A DNA stretch of 32,000 nucleotides from Mucisphaera calidilacus (GCF_007748075.1 NZ_CP036280.1:3210001-3242000); one strand, 5' to 3'; positions 1-10,025 are shown, counted from the stretch's first letter. Numbers and translations: made by a program. Notes: a model not told the origin generated them from the letters alone.

Positions 1-1
1 T

Positions 2-1543
2 TTGCCGCTTGGCGGGTGCGAGGCTGAGGTTGAGGTAGAGGTTGAACGTGGTGCGGGTTCGGTGCGCGAGGTTGTGATCGGGGAGCCTTATCGGCTTGGC
101 GATGCGCGTGTGGGGCTGCGTCGGCTGGTGGTGGGTGGTTTGGTTGAGGATGTGGGGCGTGGTGATCGGTCGGGTTTGCGGCGGTGCTGGCGTGTGCGTG
201 ATCGCTGGATGCGGTTGCTGGATCAGGAGCTTGCGTCGCTGCCGGGGTGGTGGCTGTTGTCGGACGCGGGTTCGCTCGGCGTCGGGGCGGATGCGAATCG
301 GTCGGCGACGTCGGTGGATGTGGATGGGCGTTCGGTGTATCGGCCTGGGGGCGGGTTGCGTTGGACGGCGGGTAAGGCGTTGGGATTGTTGCTGGCGGTG
401 GCGGGTGTTCGCGTCGTCTGGCTGGTCGATCGGGGTCGGCTGGATCGTGTGCTGGAGCGTGATGTTGTGCTGTCGGGTCGGTTGCGTGGTGTGCTGTCGT
501 TGCTGGCTGAGGACCACGGGTTGGTGCTGCGGTGGGACGAGCGGCATGGCGTGGTCGAGGTGGGTGTTCGTGGTCATCGGGGTCGGCGGGTGAGTTATCC
601 GTTGGGTGGTGATGAGCGGCGTCGGCCGAGGTGGTCGGTGGTGTCGGGCGGTGTTTCGGGGCGGTCGGTGCGTGGGGTATGTCGTTCGTCGGGTTGGCGT
701 GTGGAGTCGACGTTTGAGCTGCGTCGTGGCTGGGACCCGGGGCTGGAGGGGTTGGCGGATGATCAGTACGACCCGGAGACGTCGGACGATTTCACGTCGG
801 TGTCGTCGGTCTTTCGTCGTTGGGTGTTGAACGAGGACGGGGCGTATTCGGGTGCGCCGTATGGTTTGCCGGCCTATGACCTGAGCGCGTTGTTTGATGA
901 CGAGCGTGTGGGCGCGTGTTCGCTTAGGTTTCGTGCTCCGCTGACGCGTGACACGGATGGCGACCCGCTGCCGGTGCTGGTGGAGGTGAGTGAGGATGGG
1001 GGTTTGCGTTGGCGTGTCGTGGCGGATCGTCTGCTGTTGAGGGATCGCGCGGGGGTCGATCTGACGGGCCTGTTGGCGGGATCGGATTACCTGGCGGCGG
1101 CTCGTGCGGGGACGGTTCGGTGTCGGGTGACGGCGCGGCTTGATTCGCCTCGTGCGGTGGAGGCGGTTCGGTGGTGGGGCAACGCGTTCACGGGGGTTCA
1201 CGAGGACGTGGTGTTTGATGCGGGGCGTCGGTTTGTTTTTGCGCGGGTGGACCGGACGAGTCGTTTCTGGTCGCGGGTTCGGTCGGGGGCGCGTGTTGCG
1301 GCGGAGCGTGATGATCGAGAGCGGATGCGTCGTTGGCTGTTAGAGCGGCTTGAGGGGGGTGCTTCGGCGTCGCGGGTGCGTCTGGAGGCGTCGGGTCGCG
1401 AGACGTGGCTGCGGCCTGGCGACCGGTTGTGTGTGGGTGCGCTGGGCGGCCGGACGGTGTTGTGCGAGCGTGTGGGCTGGTCGGCGGGTGCGGGGCGTGC
1501 GGTGCGGTCGGTGATCGAGGGGCGATTGGAGGGTGTCAGATGA
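2..1543 (+). CDS. Hypothetical protein; last 513 codons of a gene that probably continues off the left edge. Function unknown (phage/virion-structural-like is only a guess).
   Basis: The frame is open from the window edge to TGA at 1541-1543. The sequence looks protein-like and is Arg/Trp/Asp-rich (e.g. FRRWVLNEDGAYSGAPYGLPAYDLSALFDDERVG, PLPVLVEVSEDGGLRWRVV). The stop overlaps the ATG of the next ORF (ATGA at 1540-1543). Third codon positions are almost only G or T. I can name no family motif. Confidence 0.55.
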   Translation: MPLGGCEAEVEVEVERGAGSVREVVIGEPYRLGDARVGLRRLVVGGLVEDVGRGDRSGLRRCWRVRDRWMRLLDQELASLPGWWLLSDAGSLGVGADANRSATSVDVDGRSVYRPGGGLRWTAGKALGLLLAVAGVRVVWLVDRGRLDRVLERDVVLSGRLRGVLSLLAEDHGLVLRWDERHGVVEVGVRGHRGRRVSYPLGGDERRRPRWSVVSGGVSGRSVRGVCRSSGWRVESTFELRRGWDPGLEGLADDQYDPETSDDFTSVSSVFRRWVLNEDGAYSGAPYGLPAYDLSALFDDERVGACSLRFRAPLTRDTDGDPLPVLVEVSEDGGLRWRVVADRLLLRDRAGVDLTGLLAGSDYLAAARAGTVRCRVTARLDSPRAVEAVRWWGNAFTGVHEDVVFDAGRRFVFARVDRTSRFWSRVRSGARVAAERDDRERMRRWLLERLEGGASASRVRLEASGRETWLRPGDRLCVGALGGRTVLCERVGWSAGAGRAVRSVIEGRLEGVR

Positions 1544-1800
1544 GTGGGCTGGAGTTGGCGCCGCTGGCGCAGCTGGGTGCGGCGGGACTGATGGGCGCGT
1601 TGTGGGTGTGGGAGCGGAACCTGACGCGTTGCCGGGAGCGTGAGCTGAGTGAGGCTCATGAGCGTCTGATGGTTCAGCGTGAGGCGTTGCAGGAACTGGT
1701 GGCGTTGGTGGGTCAGAACGCGCGGGCGTTGGAGGGTTTTGAGCAGACGCAGAATCGGCTGGCTCGTGCGGTGGAGCGTCTGGCGGCCAGGGGTGCGTGA
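1540..1800 (+). CDS. Small membrane-anchored coiled-coil protein (86 aa), function unknown
   Basis: The ATG at 1540 overlaps the upstream stop (ATGA), which suggests translational coupling. An N-terminal hydrophobic segment (LAPLAQLGAAGLMGALWVW) is followed by a charged helical region (ERELSEAHERLMVQREALQELVALVGQNARALEGFEQTQNRLARAVERL). Confidence 0.5.
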   Translation: MSGLELAPLAQLGAAGLMGALWVWERNLTRCRERELSEAHERLMVQREALQELVALVGQNARALEGFEQTQNRLARAVERLAARGA

Positions 1801-1819
1801 TAGCGATTAAACTGGGTGG

Positions 1820-2320
1820 ATGACTGGCGTGTACCGAGTCGTGATGGTGTTGGTGTTCCTGCTGTCGCTGGGGTGGGTTTCGGGTTGCGGCCAGGGCGAC
1901 GGTACGTCGGCCTTCGGTGAGCCTCCGCCGACGGGCACGTGGTATCCCGAGCCGGTGGCGTTGCGTATTCACCCGTCGACGCGTTACGTGCAGGAGGGGG
2001 ATCGCGTCTGGTTGCGGACGCGTGTCGAGTTGCTGGACGCGTTGGGTGATCCGTTGAAGTACCCGGCGCGGTTTCGTTTTGAGTTGTGGCGGAGCGGGGG
2101 TGTGGGGGGGTCGGGTTCGCTGGCGTATGTCTGGCGTTTTGACGTTCTGGGTTATGCGGAGCAGGACTCGGCGTACGACCCGGTGACGCGTTGTTACGCG
2201 TTTTCGCTGACGCTGGATGACGTGGGTGCGATCGAGGACCTGCGTCGGATGCGTCTGCGTGTCTATGCGGAGACGGCGGACGGGGAGCGTCTTCAGCGTG
2301 AGATGGTGCTTCGGCCTTGA
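1820..2320 (+). CDS. Putative lipoprotein (166 aa), function unknown
   Basis: The N-terminus MTGVYRVVMVLVFLLSLGWVSG|CGQGDG has a hydrophobic signal sequence ending in a lipobox-like V-S-G-C. It starts 19 nt after the previous gene. An alternative ATG at 1844 is possible. Confidence 0.55.
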   Translation: MTGVYRVVMVLVFLLSLGWVSGCGQGDGTSAFGEPPPTGTWYPEPVALRIHPSTRYVQEGDRVWLRTRVELLDALGDPLKYPARFRFELWRSGGVGGSGSLAYVWRFDVLGYAEQDSAYDPVTRCYAFSLTLDDVGAIEDLRRMRLRVYAETADGERLQREMVLRP

Positions 2321-2326
2321 GGCGTT

Positions 2327-3685
2327 TCAGACGTTGAGGATGGAGCGTGCCTTGCGTGTGAGTTCGGCGGCGTGTTGCTCGGTGGGCGCTTCGGCGATGA
2401 ACCGGAGGATGGGTTCGGTGTTGCTGGGTCGGACGTGGAGCCAGCGGTTGTCGAAGTCGAAGCGGATGCCGTCCTGGCGGTCGATCCTGGCGTCGGGGAA
2501 GAGTTGGGCGAGTCGGTCGGCGATCTGTCCGAAGGAGCCTTCGGGTCGGGGGACTTTTTCCTTCTGCATGGTGTAGGCGGGCAGTTCGTCGCGGAGTTGG
2601 GCGAGTGTTTTGCCGGTCGCTGCGATGAGGTCGAGGGTGAGTGCGATGGAGAGGAGGCTGTCGCGGACGTAGCTGAGTCTTGGGTCGATGACGCCTCCGT
2701 TGCCCTCGCCGCCGAGGGCGGCGTTCTCCTGGCGCATGATCTCGGCGACGTTGGCCTCGCCGACGGGGCTGCGGAAGATGGTGGCGTTGATGGGTTGCGC
2801 GAGGTCGTCGATCATGCGGCTGGTGGAGAGGTTGGCAACGGCGGATTGTCCGGGCTTGAGCAGGTGCTGGACGGCGAGTGCGAGGGTGCATTCTTCGCCG
2901 ATGTAGCGTCCGGAGTTGTCGACGAGTGCGAGGCGGTCGGCGTCAGGGTCCTGGGCCATGCCGGCGTCGGCCTGGTGTTGGGTGACGGCGGCGGCGAGTT
3001 CGGTGAGGTTCTGTTCGGTGGGTTCGGGTTCGTGGGGGAAGTCGCCTGTCGGCGGGCTGTGGAGGTGGACGAGGCTGACGTTGAGTTGGTCGAGGAGGGT
3101 GCGTGCCTCGGCGCCGCCTGCGCCGCAGACGCTGTCGACGACGACCTTGAGGTTGGCGTCGCGGATGGCCTGCTGGTCGACGAGTTGTGCGACGGCGTGG
3201 GCGTGTTCCTGTGCCGCGTCGAAGCCGGCGGGTTTGATCTGGTAGGCGGCGGGGTCGGCGGCGGGTTTTCGGTCGGCGAGGGCGTGGAAGTGGTCGATGA
3301 CGGATTGTGCGTCGGCGGCGGTGGGGGCGGTGCCCTGGGCGCGGATGATCTTGACGCCATTCCAGGGTGTGGGGTTGTGGCTGGCGGTGAGGACGATGGC
3401 GGCGTGTCGTCGTTGGCGTGCGGCGTAGCCGACGGCGGGTGTGGAGCAGATGCCCATGTCGATGGCGGTGGTGCCGGTTTCGGCGAGACCCGCGGCGAGT
3501 GCTGCGGCGAGTTCGGGGCCGGAGGGTCGGGAGTCTCGGCCGATGAGGATGTTGCCGGCCTCGCCCCATTGCTGGAGGGTCTGTCCGATGGCCATGCCGT
3601 AGCGCCAGGCGATCTCGGGGGTGAGGGATTGGCCGACGATGCCGCGGAGTCCGCTGACGCCAAGCATGAGGGGTGCGTCACTCAC
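2327..3685 (-). CDS. Alpha-D-phosphohexomutase family enzyme (phosphoglucomutase / phosphomannomutase / GlmM-like)
   Basis: - N-terminus MLGVSGLRGIVG.
- Phosphoserine loop LTASHNP.
- Metal-binding loop DPDADR.
- Sugar-binding loop GGEGNGG.
- The listed ORF starts at GTG 3685 and overlaps the upstream stop. An ATG at 3667 (MLGVSGLRG...) is an equally good start. Confidence 0.9.
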   Translation of the reverse strand: MSDAPLMLGVSGLRGIVGQSLTPEIAWRYGMAIGQTLQQWGEAGNILIGRDSRPSGPELAAALAAGLAETGTTAIDMGICSTPAVGYAARQRRHAAIVLTASHNPTPWNGVKIIRAQGTAPTAADAQSVIDHFHALADRKPAADPAAYQIKPAGFDAAQEHAHAVAQLVDQQAIRDANLKVVVDSVCGAGGAEARTLLDQLNVSLVHLHSPPTGDFPHEPEPTEQNLTELAAAVTQHQADAGMAQDPDADRLALVDNSGRYIGEECTLALAVQHLLKPGQSAVANLSTSRMIDDLAQPINATIFRSPVGEANVAEIMRQENAALGGEGNGGVIDPRLSYVRDSLLSIALTLDLIAATGKTLAQLRDELPAYTMQKEKVPRPEGSFGQIADRLAQLFPDARIDRQDGIRFDFDNRWLHVRPSNTEPILRFIAEAPTEQHAAELTRKARSILNV

Positions 3686-4385
3686 AACAAGGCTCCATGA
3701 AGAGGTTGCTGATGTGTTCGGGCGAGATGCCTACGAGGTTGGGCAGGATATGTTCGGCGTCGGTGAGTTCGTGGGCGGGCTGGTTGGTGGTGAGTCCCAG
3801 CCGGCGCAGGCCGGCGTCGCGTGCGGAGCGCAGGCCGGCGGCGGTATCTTCGATGGCGAGGGTGTTGTCGGGTGTGAGGTTGTGGTCGGGGCAGAGGGCC
3901 TGGAGGTTCTGCAGAGCGAGGGCGTAGGTCTGGGGGTGGGGCTTGGATTGCTCGACGTCGTCGGCGGTGACGATGACGGGGAAGAGGTCGGTGTGGTTGT
4001 AGAAGCGGAGGACGCCTTCGATGTCGCTCCGTGTCGCTCCGCTGGCGATGGCGATGGGGCGGTGGTCGTCTCGGAGTGCCCTGGCGAGTTCGAAGGATCC
4101 GGGGACGAGGGGTATGCCCCGGGCGACGATCCGGTCGAAGGCAACTTGTTTTCGGGCAACGAGTTGGCGGATGACGCTGTGATCCTCGGCCTGATCGACG
4201 AAGCCGAAGTCGGTGAGGATGGCTCGGAAGGCGTCGCGGTCGTCGAAGCCGATGTAGCGTCGCCGGTAGTGGTCCTCGTCGAAGCGGATGCCGCGGTCGG
4301 CCACGGCGTCGAGCATGGCGTGGCAGTGGGGCATCTCGGAGTCGGCGAGGACGCCATCGAAGTCGAAGATTACGCCTTGGATCAT
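3678..4385 (-). CDS. HAD-superfamily hydrolase, subfamily IA (beta-phosphoglucomutase/phosphatase-like)
   Basis: HAD motif I is DFDGVLADSE directly after the ATG at 4385 (MIQGVIFDFDG). Motif III is SKPHPQ and motif IV is EDTAAG. The longer listed ORF (to 4466) adds a non-HAD, Arg-rich leader that nearly reaches the tRNA, so the start at 4385 is preferred. Confidence 0.88.
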   Translation of the reverse strand: MIQGVIFDFDGVLADSEMPHCHAMLDAVADRGIRFDEDHYRRRYIGFDDRDAFRAILTDFGFVDQAEDHSVIRQLVARKQVAFDRIVARGIPLVPGSFELARALRDDHRPIAIASGATRSDIEGVLRFYNHTDLFPVIVTADDVEQSKPHPQTYALALQNLQALCPDHNLTPDNTLAIEDTAAGLRSARDAGLRRLGLTTNQPAHELTDAEHILPNLVGISPEHISNLFMEPCCE

Positions 4386-4421
4386 GGCTGAGAGTTTACG
4401 GGATCGGCGGGGGTGGTCGGG

Positions 4422-4450
4422 TTGGTGGCGGCGTGCGGATTCGGTATACT
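4422..4450 (+). promoter_or_regulatory. Candidate sigma70-like promoter for tRNA-Val
   Basis: TTGGTG (4422-4427), a 17-nt spacer, then TATACT (4445-4450), about 29 nt upstream of the tRNA 5' end. The -10 hexamer matches 5/6 and the -35 only 3/6. Promoter rules for this lineage are not established. Confidence 0.3.
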
Positions 4451-4478
4451 TCTCGATCCGGCGCAACGCCGGCGTTAC

Positions 4479-4552
4479 GGGCCATTAGCGCAGTTGGCTA
4501 GCGCGCCTCGTTGACATCGAGGAGGTCACTGGTTCAAGTCCAGTATGGCCCA
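4479..4552 (+). tRNA. tRNA-Val (anticodon GAC)
   Basis: Hand-folded cloverleaf:
- acceptor GGGCCAT/ATGGCCC
- D-arm GCGC-AGTTGGCTA-GCGC
- anticodon arm CCTCG-TTGACAT-CGAGG (GAC)
- T-arm ACTGG-TTCAAGT-CCAGT
- discriminator A

Length is 74 nt and CCA is not encoded. Confidence 0.93.
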
Positions 4553-4570
4553 TTGCTTATAAAAGTGTCG

Positions 4571-4609
4571 TCTCGAAATCGGCCGCGTCTGCGGACAAAT
4601 CTCGAAATC
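4571..4609 (+). repeat. Two exact 10-nt direct repeats, TCTCGAAATC, with starts 29 nt apart (possible arm-type recombinase/Xis sites)
   Basis: Exact copies at 4571-4580 and 4600-4609, just inside the putative attL next to tRNA-Val. Confidence 0.35.
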
Positions 4610-4707
4610 TAGAGAAGTTACGGCGGGGCATGATTGTTCGGGTCGTTCAGATTTCCTGTGGTTGCGGGGTATTTCGGCTGGCTTCTGCGTCGCGTTTTGC
4701 GCCGCTT

Positions 4708-4971
4708 TCAAGAAGTGATCCTCCTGACGTGCAGATCGTGCTCGATGGCCACGGCCTGAGAGTTGCCAAGCCACGCGGTAACCACCTGTGACGGAAAGCT
4801 GTCGGCCAACTCGGACTGACGTAAACTGTGGCCGAGTTGTGGGGGAAAGTCAGGAGACTTGGCTACGGTCTTGCTCCACTCGTAGCACGAGTGCTGGCTG
4901 AGTCCCAGAAGTTCCAGAACTGTCCGCCGGCAGGCTTCAGACGGATCCAGAACCCATGGCTGACCAGACAC
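4708..4971 (-). pseudogene. Tyrosine recombinase (phage integrase family), C-terminal fragment only
   Basis: The translation ends ...PPQLGHSLRQSELADSFPSQVVTAWLGNSQAVAIEHDLHVRRITS. This matches the H-x-L-R box and the LG(H/N)S...(H)Y box of tyrosine recombinases. The position expected for the catalytic Tyr reads Asp (EHDLHV instead of xHYLxV). Only about 87-97 codons are open (stop upstream at 5002-5004), and the N-terminal three quarters of the gene are absent. The 3' end faces the tRNA, as in lambda-type attL-int arrangements. Confidence 0.6.
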
Positions 4972-5020
4972 ACTTGATAGGTGTGGAGTTCGCCTAGCAC
5001 GTCACCGGCGTCATGATCGA

Positions 5021-5040
5021 TCAAGGTTCAGTATCGCCAT
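5021..5040 (+). repeat. Degenerate copy of the tRNA-Val 3' end (candidate attR)
   Basis: TCAAGGTTCAGTATCGCCAT compared with the tRNA segment TCAAGTCCAGTATGGCCCAT (4534-4553). Confidence 0.35.
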
Positions 5041-5259
5041 CAGCGTATCCCGCTCTGGATGATGCGACTGAATGACAGCCGAGGGGTTTCCGCGGGTCTC
5101 TGAGCGATTGCGGGTGGTGGCGGGTGGATCGTGCGTGGGGGTTGATTGTCGACGTCCGCCTGGATGAGTCGCGGAAGATTCTTATTTCGTGTGTGCGGGA
5201 ATCATCCTCGCGTGAAGCGGGTTAGGTGAGGGCTGTGGGCGTCGGGCTGGCCGCCCTAA

Positions 5260-6714
<1,455 letters not shown>

Positions 6715-6756
6715 TCTGATCCGGTGACCTAGGGTCTTCCTGGAAGAAGGAATCGT

Positions 6757-8397
6757 ATGAAAGCATCCGATCTGTTCGTTGAGGCCCTTGAGCGCGAGGG
6801 CGTCAAGCACGTGTTCGGCATCCCTGGCGAGGAGAACCTCGACCTGCTGGATTCGTTGTCACGATCCTCGATCGAGCTGGTGCTGACCCGTCACGAGCAG
6901 GCGGCGGGGTTTATGGCGTCGACGTACGGCCGGCTCACGGGCAAGGCGGGTGTCTGCATGGCGACACTCGGTCCGGGGGCGACCAATTTCGTCACGGCGG
7001 CGGCGTATGCGCAGCTGGGCGGGATGCCGATGCTCATGATCACGGGGCAGAAACCGATCAAGACCAGCAAGCAGGGTCAGTTCCAGATTGTCGAGATCGT
7101 GGACATGATGGACCCGCTGACCAAGTACACCCGTCAGCTCGTGAGTGGGTCGAACATCCCGTCGCGTGTGCGTGAGGCGTTCCGGGTTGCGCAGGAGGAG
7201 AAGCCGGGCGCGGTGCACCTGGAATTGCCCGAGGACATCGCGGCGGAGGAGACGGACGAGCCGCCGATCCCCGCGAGCCTGGTGCGTCGCCCCGTGGCCG
7301 AGGAGAAGGCGATCCGTGCGGCGTCGGAGCTGATCCGGGAGGCGAGGCACCCGCTGCTGCTGGTCGCTGCCGCGGCGAACCGGACGACGACCTGCAACAT
7401 GCTCCGGCGGTTTGTCGAGAAGCTGGGTATCCCGTACGTGACGACGCAGATGGGCAAGGGCGTGGTGGACGAGGCTGGTCCGCTGTTCCTGGGCAATGCG
7501 GCGCTCTCGTCCGGCGACTTCGTGCACCGGGCGATCGAGCACGCCGACGTGATCATCAACGTCGGGCACGACGTGGTTGAGAAGCCGCCTTTCTTTATGA
7601 AGCCCGGCGGCCGGAAGGTGATTCATGTGAACTTCTCGTCGGCGATGGTCGACCCGGTTTACTTCCCGCAGGTGGAGGTGGTCGGGGACATCGCCAACAG
7701 CGTCTGGCAGCTCACCGAGCTGCTCGAGCCTCAGGAGCACTGGGACTTCACGCGGATGCTTGAGATCCGCACGGCGGGGGAGGCGCAGCTGGGCGAGGGA
7801 TCCGATGACAGCCGATTCCCGATGTACCCGCAGCGGCTGGTCGCCGACGTGCGGAAGGTGATGCCGGGCAACGGGATCATCGCGCTGGACAACGGCGTGT
7901 ACAAGATCTGGTTCGCGCGTAACTACAAAGCCCATGCGCCGAACACGGTGCTGCTGGACAACGCGTTGGCGACGATGGGCGCGGGGCTGCCCTCGGCGAT
8001 GGCCGCGCGTCTGGTCTATCCGGACCGGAAGGTGATGGCGATCTGCGGCGACGGCGGGTTCATGATGAACTCGCAGGAGCTCGAGACGGCGGTCCGATTG
8101 GGGATGCAACTCGTCGTGCTGATCCTGCGTGACGATGCTTACGGCATGATCCGCTGGAAGCAGGCCCACATGGGCCTGGCGGACTACGGACTGACGTATG
8201 GCAACCCGGACTTCGTGAAGTATGCCGAGGCGTATGGTGCGCAGGGTCACCGGGTGGAGTCTGCGGACGCGTTCGTCCCTGTGCTGGAGCGTTGCCACAG
8301 CGAGCCGGGGGTGCACGTCATCGACGTGGCGGTCGACTATTCGGAGAACGACCGTATTCTCAACCACGAGATCCAGGAGCGCAGCGCCCGGGTCTAA
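6757..8397 (+). CDS. Thiamine-diphosphate enzyme of the acetolactate synthase family (catabolic AlsS-like)
   Basis: - The N-terminus FVEALEREGVKHVFGIPGEENLDLLD...RHEQAAGFMASTYGRLTGKAGVCMATLGPGATN is AlsS-like.
- ThDP-binding motif GDGGFMMNSQELET.
- Good RBS GAAGAAGGAA upstream of the ATG at 6757. Confidence 0.88.
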   Translation: MKASDLFVEALEREGVKHVFGIPGEENLDLLDSLSRSSIELVLTRHEQAAGFMASTYGRLTGKAGVCMATLGPGATNFVTAAAYAQLGGMPMLMITGQKPIKTSKQGQFQIVEIVDMMDPLTKYTRQLVSGSNIPSRVREAFRVAQEEKPGAVHLELPEDIAAEETDEPPIPASLVRRPVAEEKAIRAASELIREARHPLLLVAAAANRTTTCNMLRRFVEKLGIPYVTTQMGKGVVDEAGPLFLGNAALSSGDFVHRAIEHADVIINVGHDVVEKPPFFMKPGGRKVIHVNFSSAMVDPVYFPQVEVVGDIANSVWQLTELLEPQEHWDFTRMLEIRTAGEAQLGEGSDDSRFPMYPQRLVADVRKVMPGNGIIALDNGVYKIWFARNYKAHAPNTVLLDNALATMGAGLPSAMAARLVYPDRKVMAICGDGGFMMNSQELETAVRLGMQLVVLILRDDAYGMIRWKQAHMGLADYGLTYGNPDFVKYAEAYGAQGHRVESADAFVPVLERCHSEPGVHVIDVAVDYSENDRILNHEIQERSARV

Positions 8398-8425
8398 CAC
8401 GACGAGACGCCTAGACGAGGTCATC

Positions 8426-9868
8426 ATGCTCCAGGACGCCTATCCGTTTTATCTCGCCAACGAGGCCAAGCGGCCGAACGCCGACCTCGAGGTCACCGAC
8501 AAGTACAGCGGTGAGGTGGCGACACGGGTCGCGATGGCCGACGCTGCGACGATCGACGCGGGGATCGCGGCGGCGGTCGAGGCCGCCGAGCCGTTGCGGA
8601 AGATGGCCCCCTACGAAAGGCGGGCGGTGCTTGATCACTGTGTCCGTCGGTTCACCGAGCGGTTTGACGAGTTGGCGATGGCGCTGTGCATCGAGGCCGG
8701 CAAGCCGATCCATGATGCGAAGGGCGAGGTGACGCGGCTGATCGATACGTTCAAGATCGCGGCGGACGAGTCGGTGCGGATCGACGGCGAGGTGATCAAC
8801 CTGGAGATTTCGTCGAGGGCGCGTGGGTACCACGGTGCCGTGAAGCGGGTGCCGATCGGTCCGTGCTCGTTTATCTCGCCTTTCAACTTCCCGCTGAATC
8901 TGGCGGCACACAAGGTAGCGCCGGCGGTCGCGTGCGGTTGTCCGTTTGTGCTCAAGCCGGCCAGTCGGACGCCGATCGGCGCCATCATCATCGGCGAGGT
9001 GCTTGCGGAGACCGACCTGCCTCGGGGGGCGTTCTCGATCCTGCCGTGCCACCGCGGCGGGGCAGACCTGTTCACGACGGACGACCGCTTCAAGCTGTTG
9101 AGCTTCACCGGTTCGCCGGGCGTGGGCTGGGACCTCAAGGCCAGGGCCGGCAAGAAGAAGGTCGTTCTGGAGTTGGGCGGGAACGCGGCGTGTGTGGTGG
9201 ATGAGGATGCTGATCTCGACGACGCCGTTGACCGGATCGTCTTCGGCGCGTTCTACCAGTCGGGGCAGAGTTGCATCGGGGTCCAGCGGATCATGGTGCA
9301 CGATGCCGTTTACGAGGCGTTTCGCGAGAAGCTCGTCGCGGCGACGGGCAAGCTTGTCGCGGGCGACCCGAAGGACGAGAAGACGTTCGTCGGCCCGATG
9401 ATTTCGGAGAAGGAGGCGTCCCGGCTCGACGGCTGGATCCGGGAGGCGATCGAGGCTGGTGGGACGCTGCTGTGCGGCGGGAAGCATGAGGGCGCCATGC
9501 TCGAAGCGACGCTGCTTGAGAACGTGCCGAAGCAGGAGAACATCTGCACGCAGGAGGCCTTCGGTCCGGTGGCGGTGCTGAGCCGCTTTACGTCGTTTGA
9601 CGAAGCGCTACGGGAAGTCAACGACTCGGTGTTCGGGCTTCAGGCAGGGATCTTTACGCGTGACCTCTATAAGGCGCAGCGCGCCTGGGACGAGTTGGAC
9701 GTCGGCGGTGTGATCATTGGCGATGTGCCGTCCTGGCGTGTTGACAACATGCCTTACGGCGGGGTCAAGGACTCGGGTCTCGGCCGTGAGGGTATCCGCT
9801 ACGCCATCGAGGACATGACCGAGCCGCGGTTGCTGGTCGTCAGAACGCCGCAGGTAAAAGATGGTTGA
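8426..9868 (+). CDS. NAD(P)-dependent aldehyde dehydrogenase
   Basis: ALDH motifs are present: FNFPLNL, LELGGNA (catalytic Glu) and FYQSGQSCIGVQR (catalytic Cys), plus EEAFGPV-like QEAFGPVA. The ATG at 8426 lies 29 nt after the ALS-like stop, behind GACGAGG. The listed ORF start at 8222 overlaps the previous gene. Confidence 0.9.
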   Translation: MLQDAYPFYLANEAKRPNADLEVTDKYSGEVATRVAMADAATIDAGIAAAVEAAEPLRKMAPYERRAVLDHCVRRFTERFDELAMALCIEAGKPIHDAKGEVTRLIDTFKIAADESVRIDGEVINLEISSRARGYHGAVKRVPIGPCSFISPFNFPLNLAAHKVAPAVACGCPFVLKPASRTPIGAIIIGEVLAETDLPRGAFSILPCHRGGADLFTTDDRFKLLSFTGSPGVGWDLKARAGKKKVVLELGGNAACVVDEDADLDDAVDRIVFGAFYQSGQSCIGVQRIMVHDAVYEAFREKLVAATGKLVAGDPKDEKTFVGPMISEKEASRLDGWIREAIEAGGTLLCGGKHEGAMLEATLLENVPKQENICTQEAFGPVAVLSRFTSFDEALREVNDSVFGLQAGIFTRDLYKAQRAWDELDVGGVIIGDVPSWRVDNMPYGGVKDSGLGREGIRYAIEDMTEPRLLVVRTPQVKDG

Positions 9869-10025
9869 GACAGAAGACCGTGTGAAGCGGTGCCTCTGTG
9901 ATTAGGCGGGCGATTCGGCGTAGGTTGACCGCTTTCAAGCTTTCGTTGAACCTCACCCGATAGGATGTGTCTGGCTGATCGGGCAGGCTTGTCACAATCA
10001 ATCACCAACCTTTGGGAGCTGGAGC

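Larger units (their letters stand above)
4553..5040. mobile_element. Remnant of an integrative element at the 3' end of tRNA-Val (about 0.5 kb; only a recombinase fragment is left)
   Basis: A recombinase C-terminal fragment (4708-4971) sits between the tRNA 3' end TCAAGTCCAGTATGGCCCAT (4534-4553) and a degenerate copy TCAAGGTTCAGTATCGCCAT (5021-5040). By hand alignment the copies match at 17 of 21 aligned columns, with 2 gaps. There are also two exact TCTCGAAATC copies at 4571-4580 and 4600-4609. Confidence 0.45.

Noticed and set aside
1198-3700. Long alternative-frame and antisense ORFs (1198..1659-, 1340..1972-, 1713..2891-, 2372..3700+, 2812..3681-, 2943..3569-)
   Set aside because: Their products are Pro/Arg/Thr/His- or Gly/Val/Asp-rich and low in complexity. 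They overlap genes with clear motifs (TASHNP phosphohexomutase) or coherent coding frames. These are typical shadow ORFs of GC-rich DNA.
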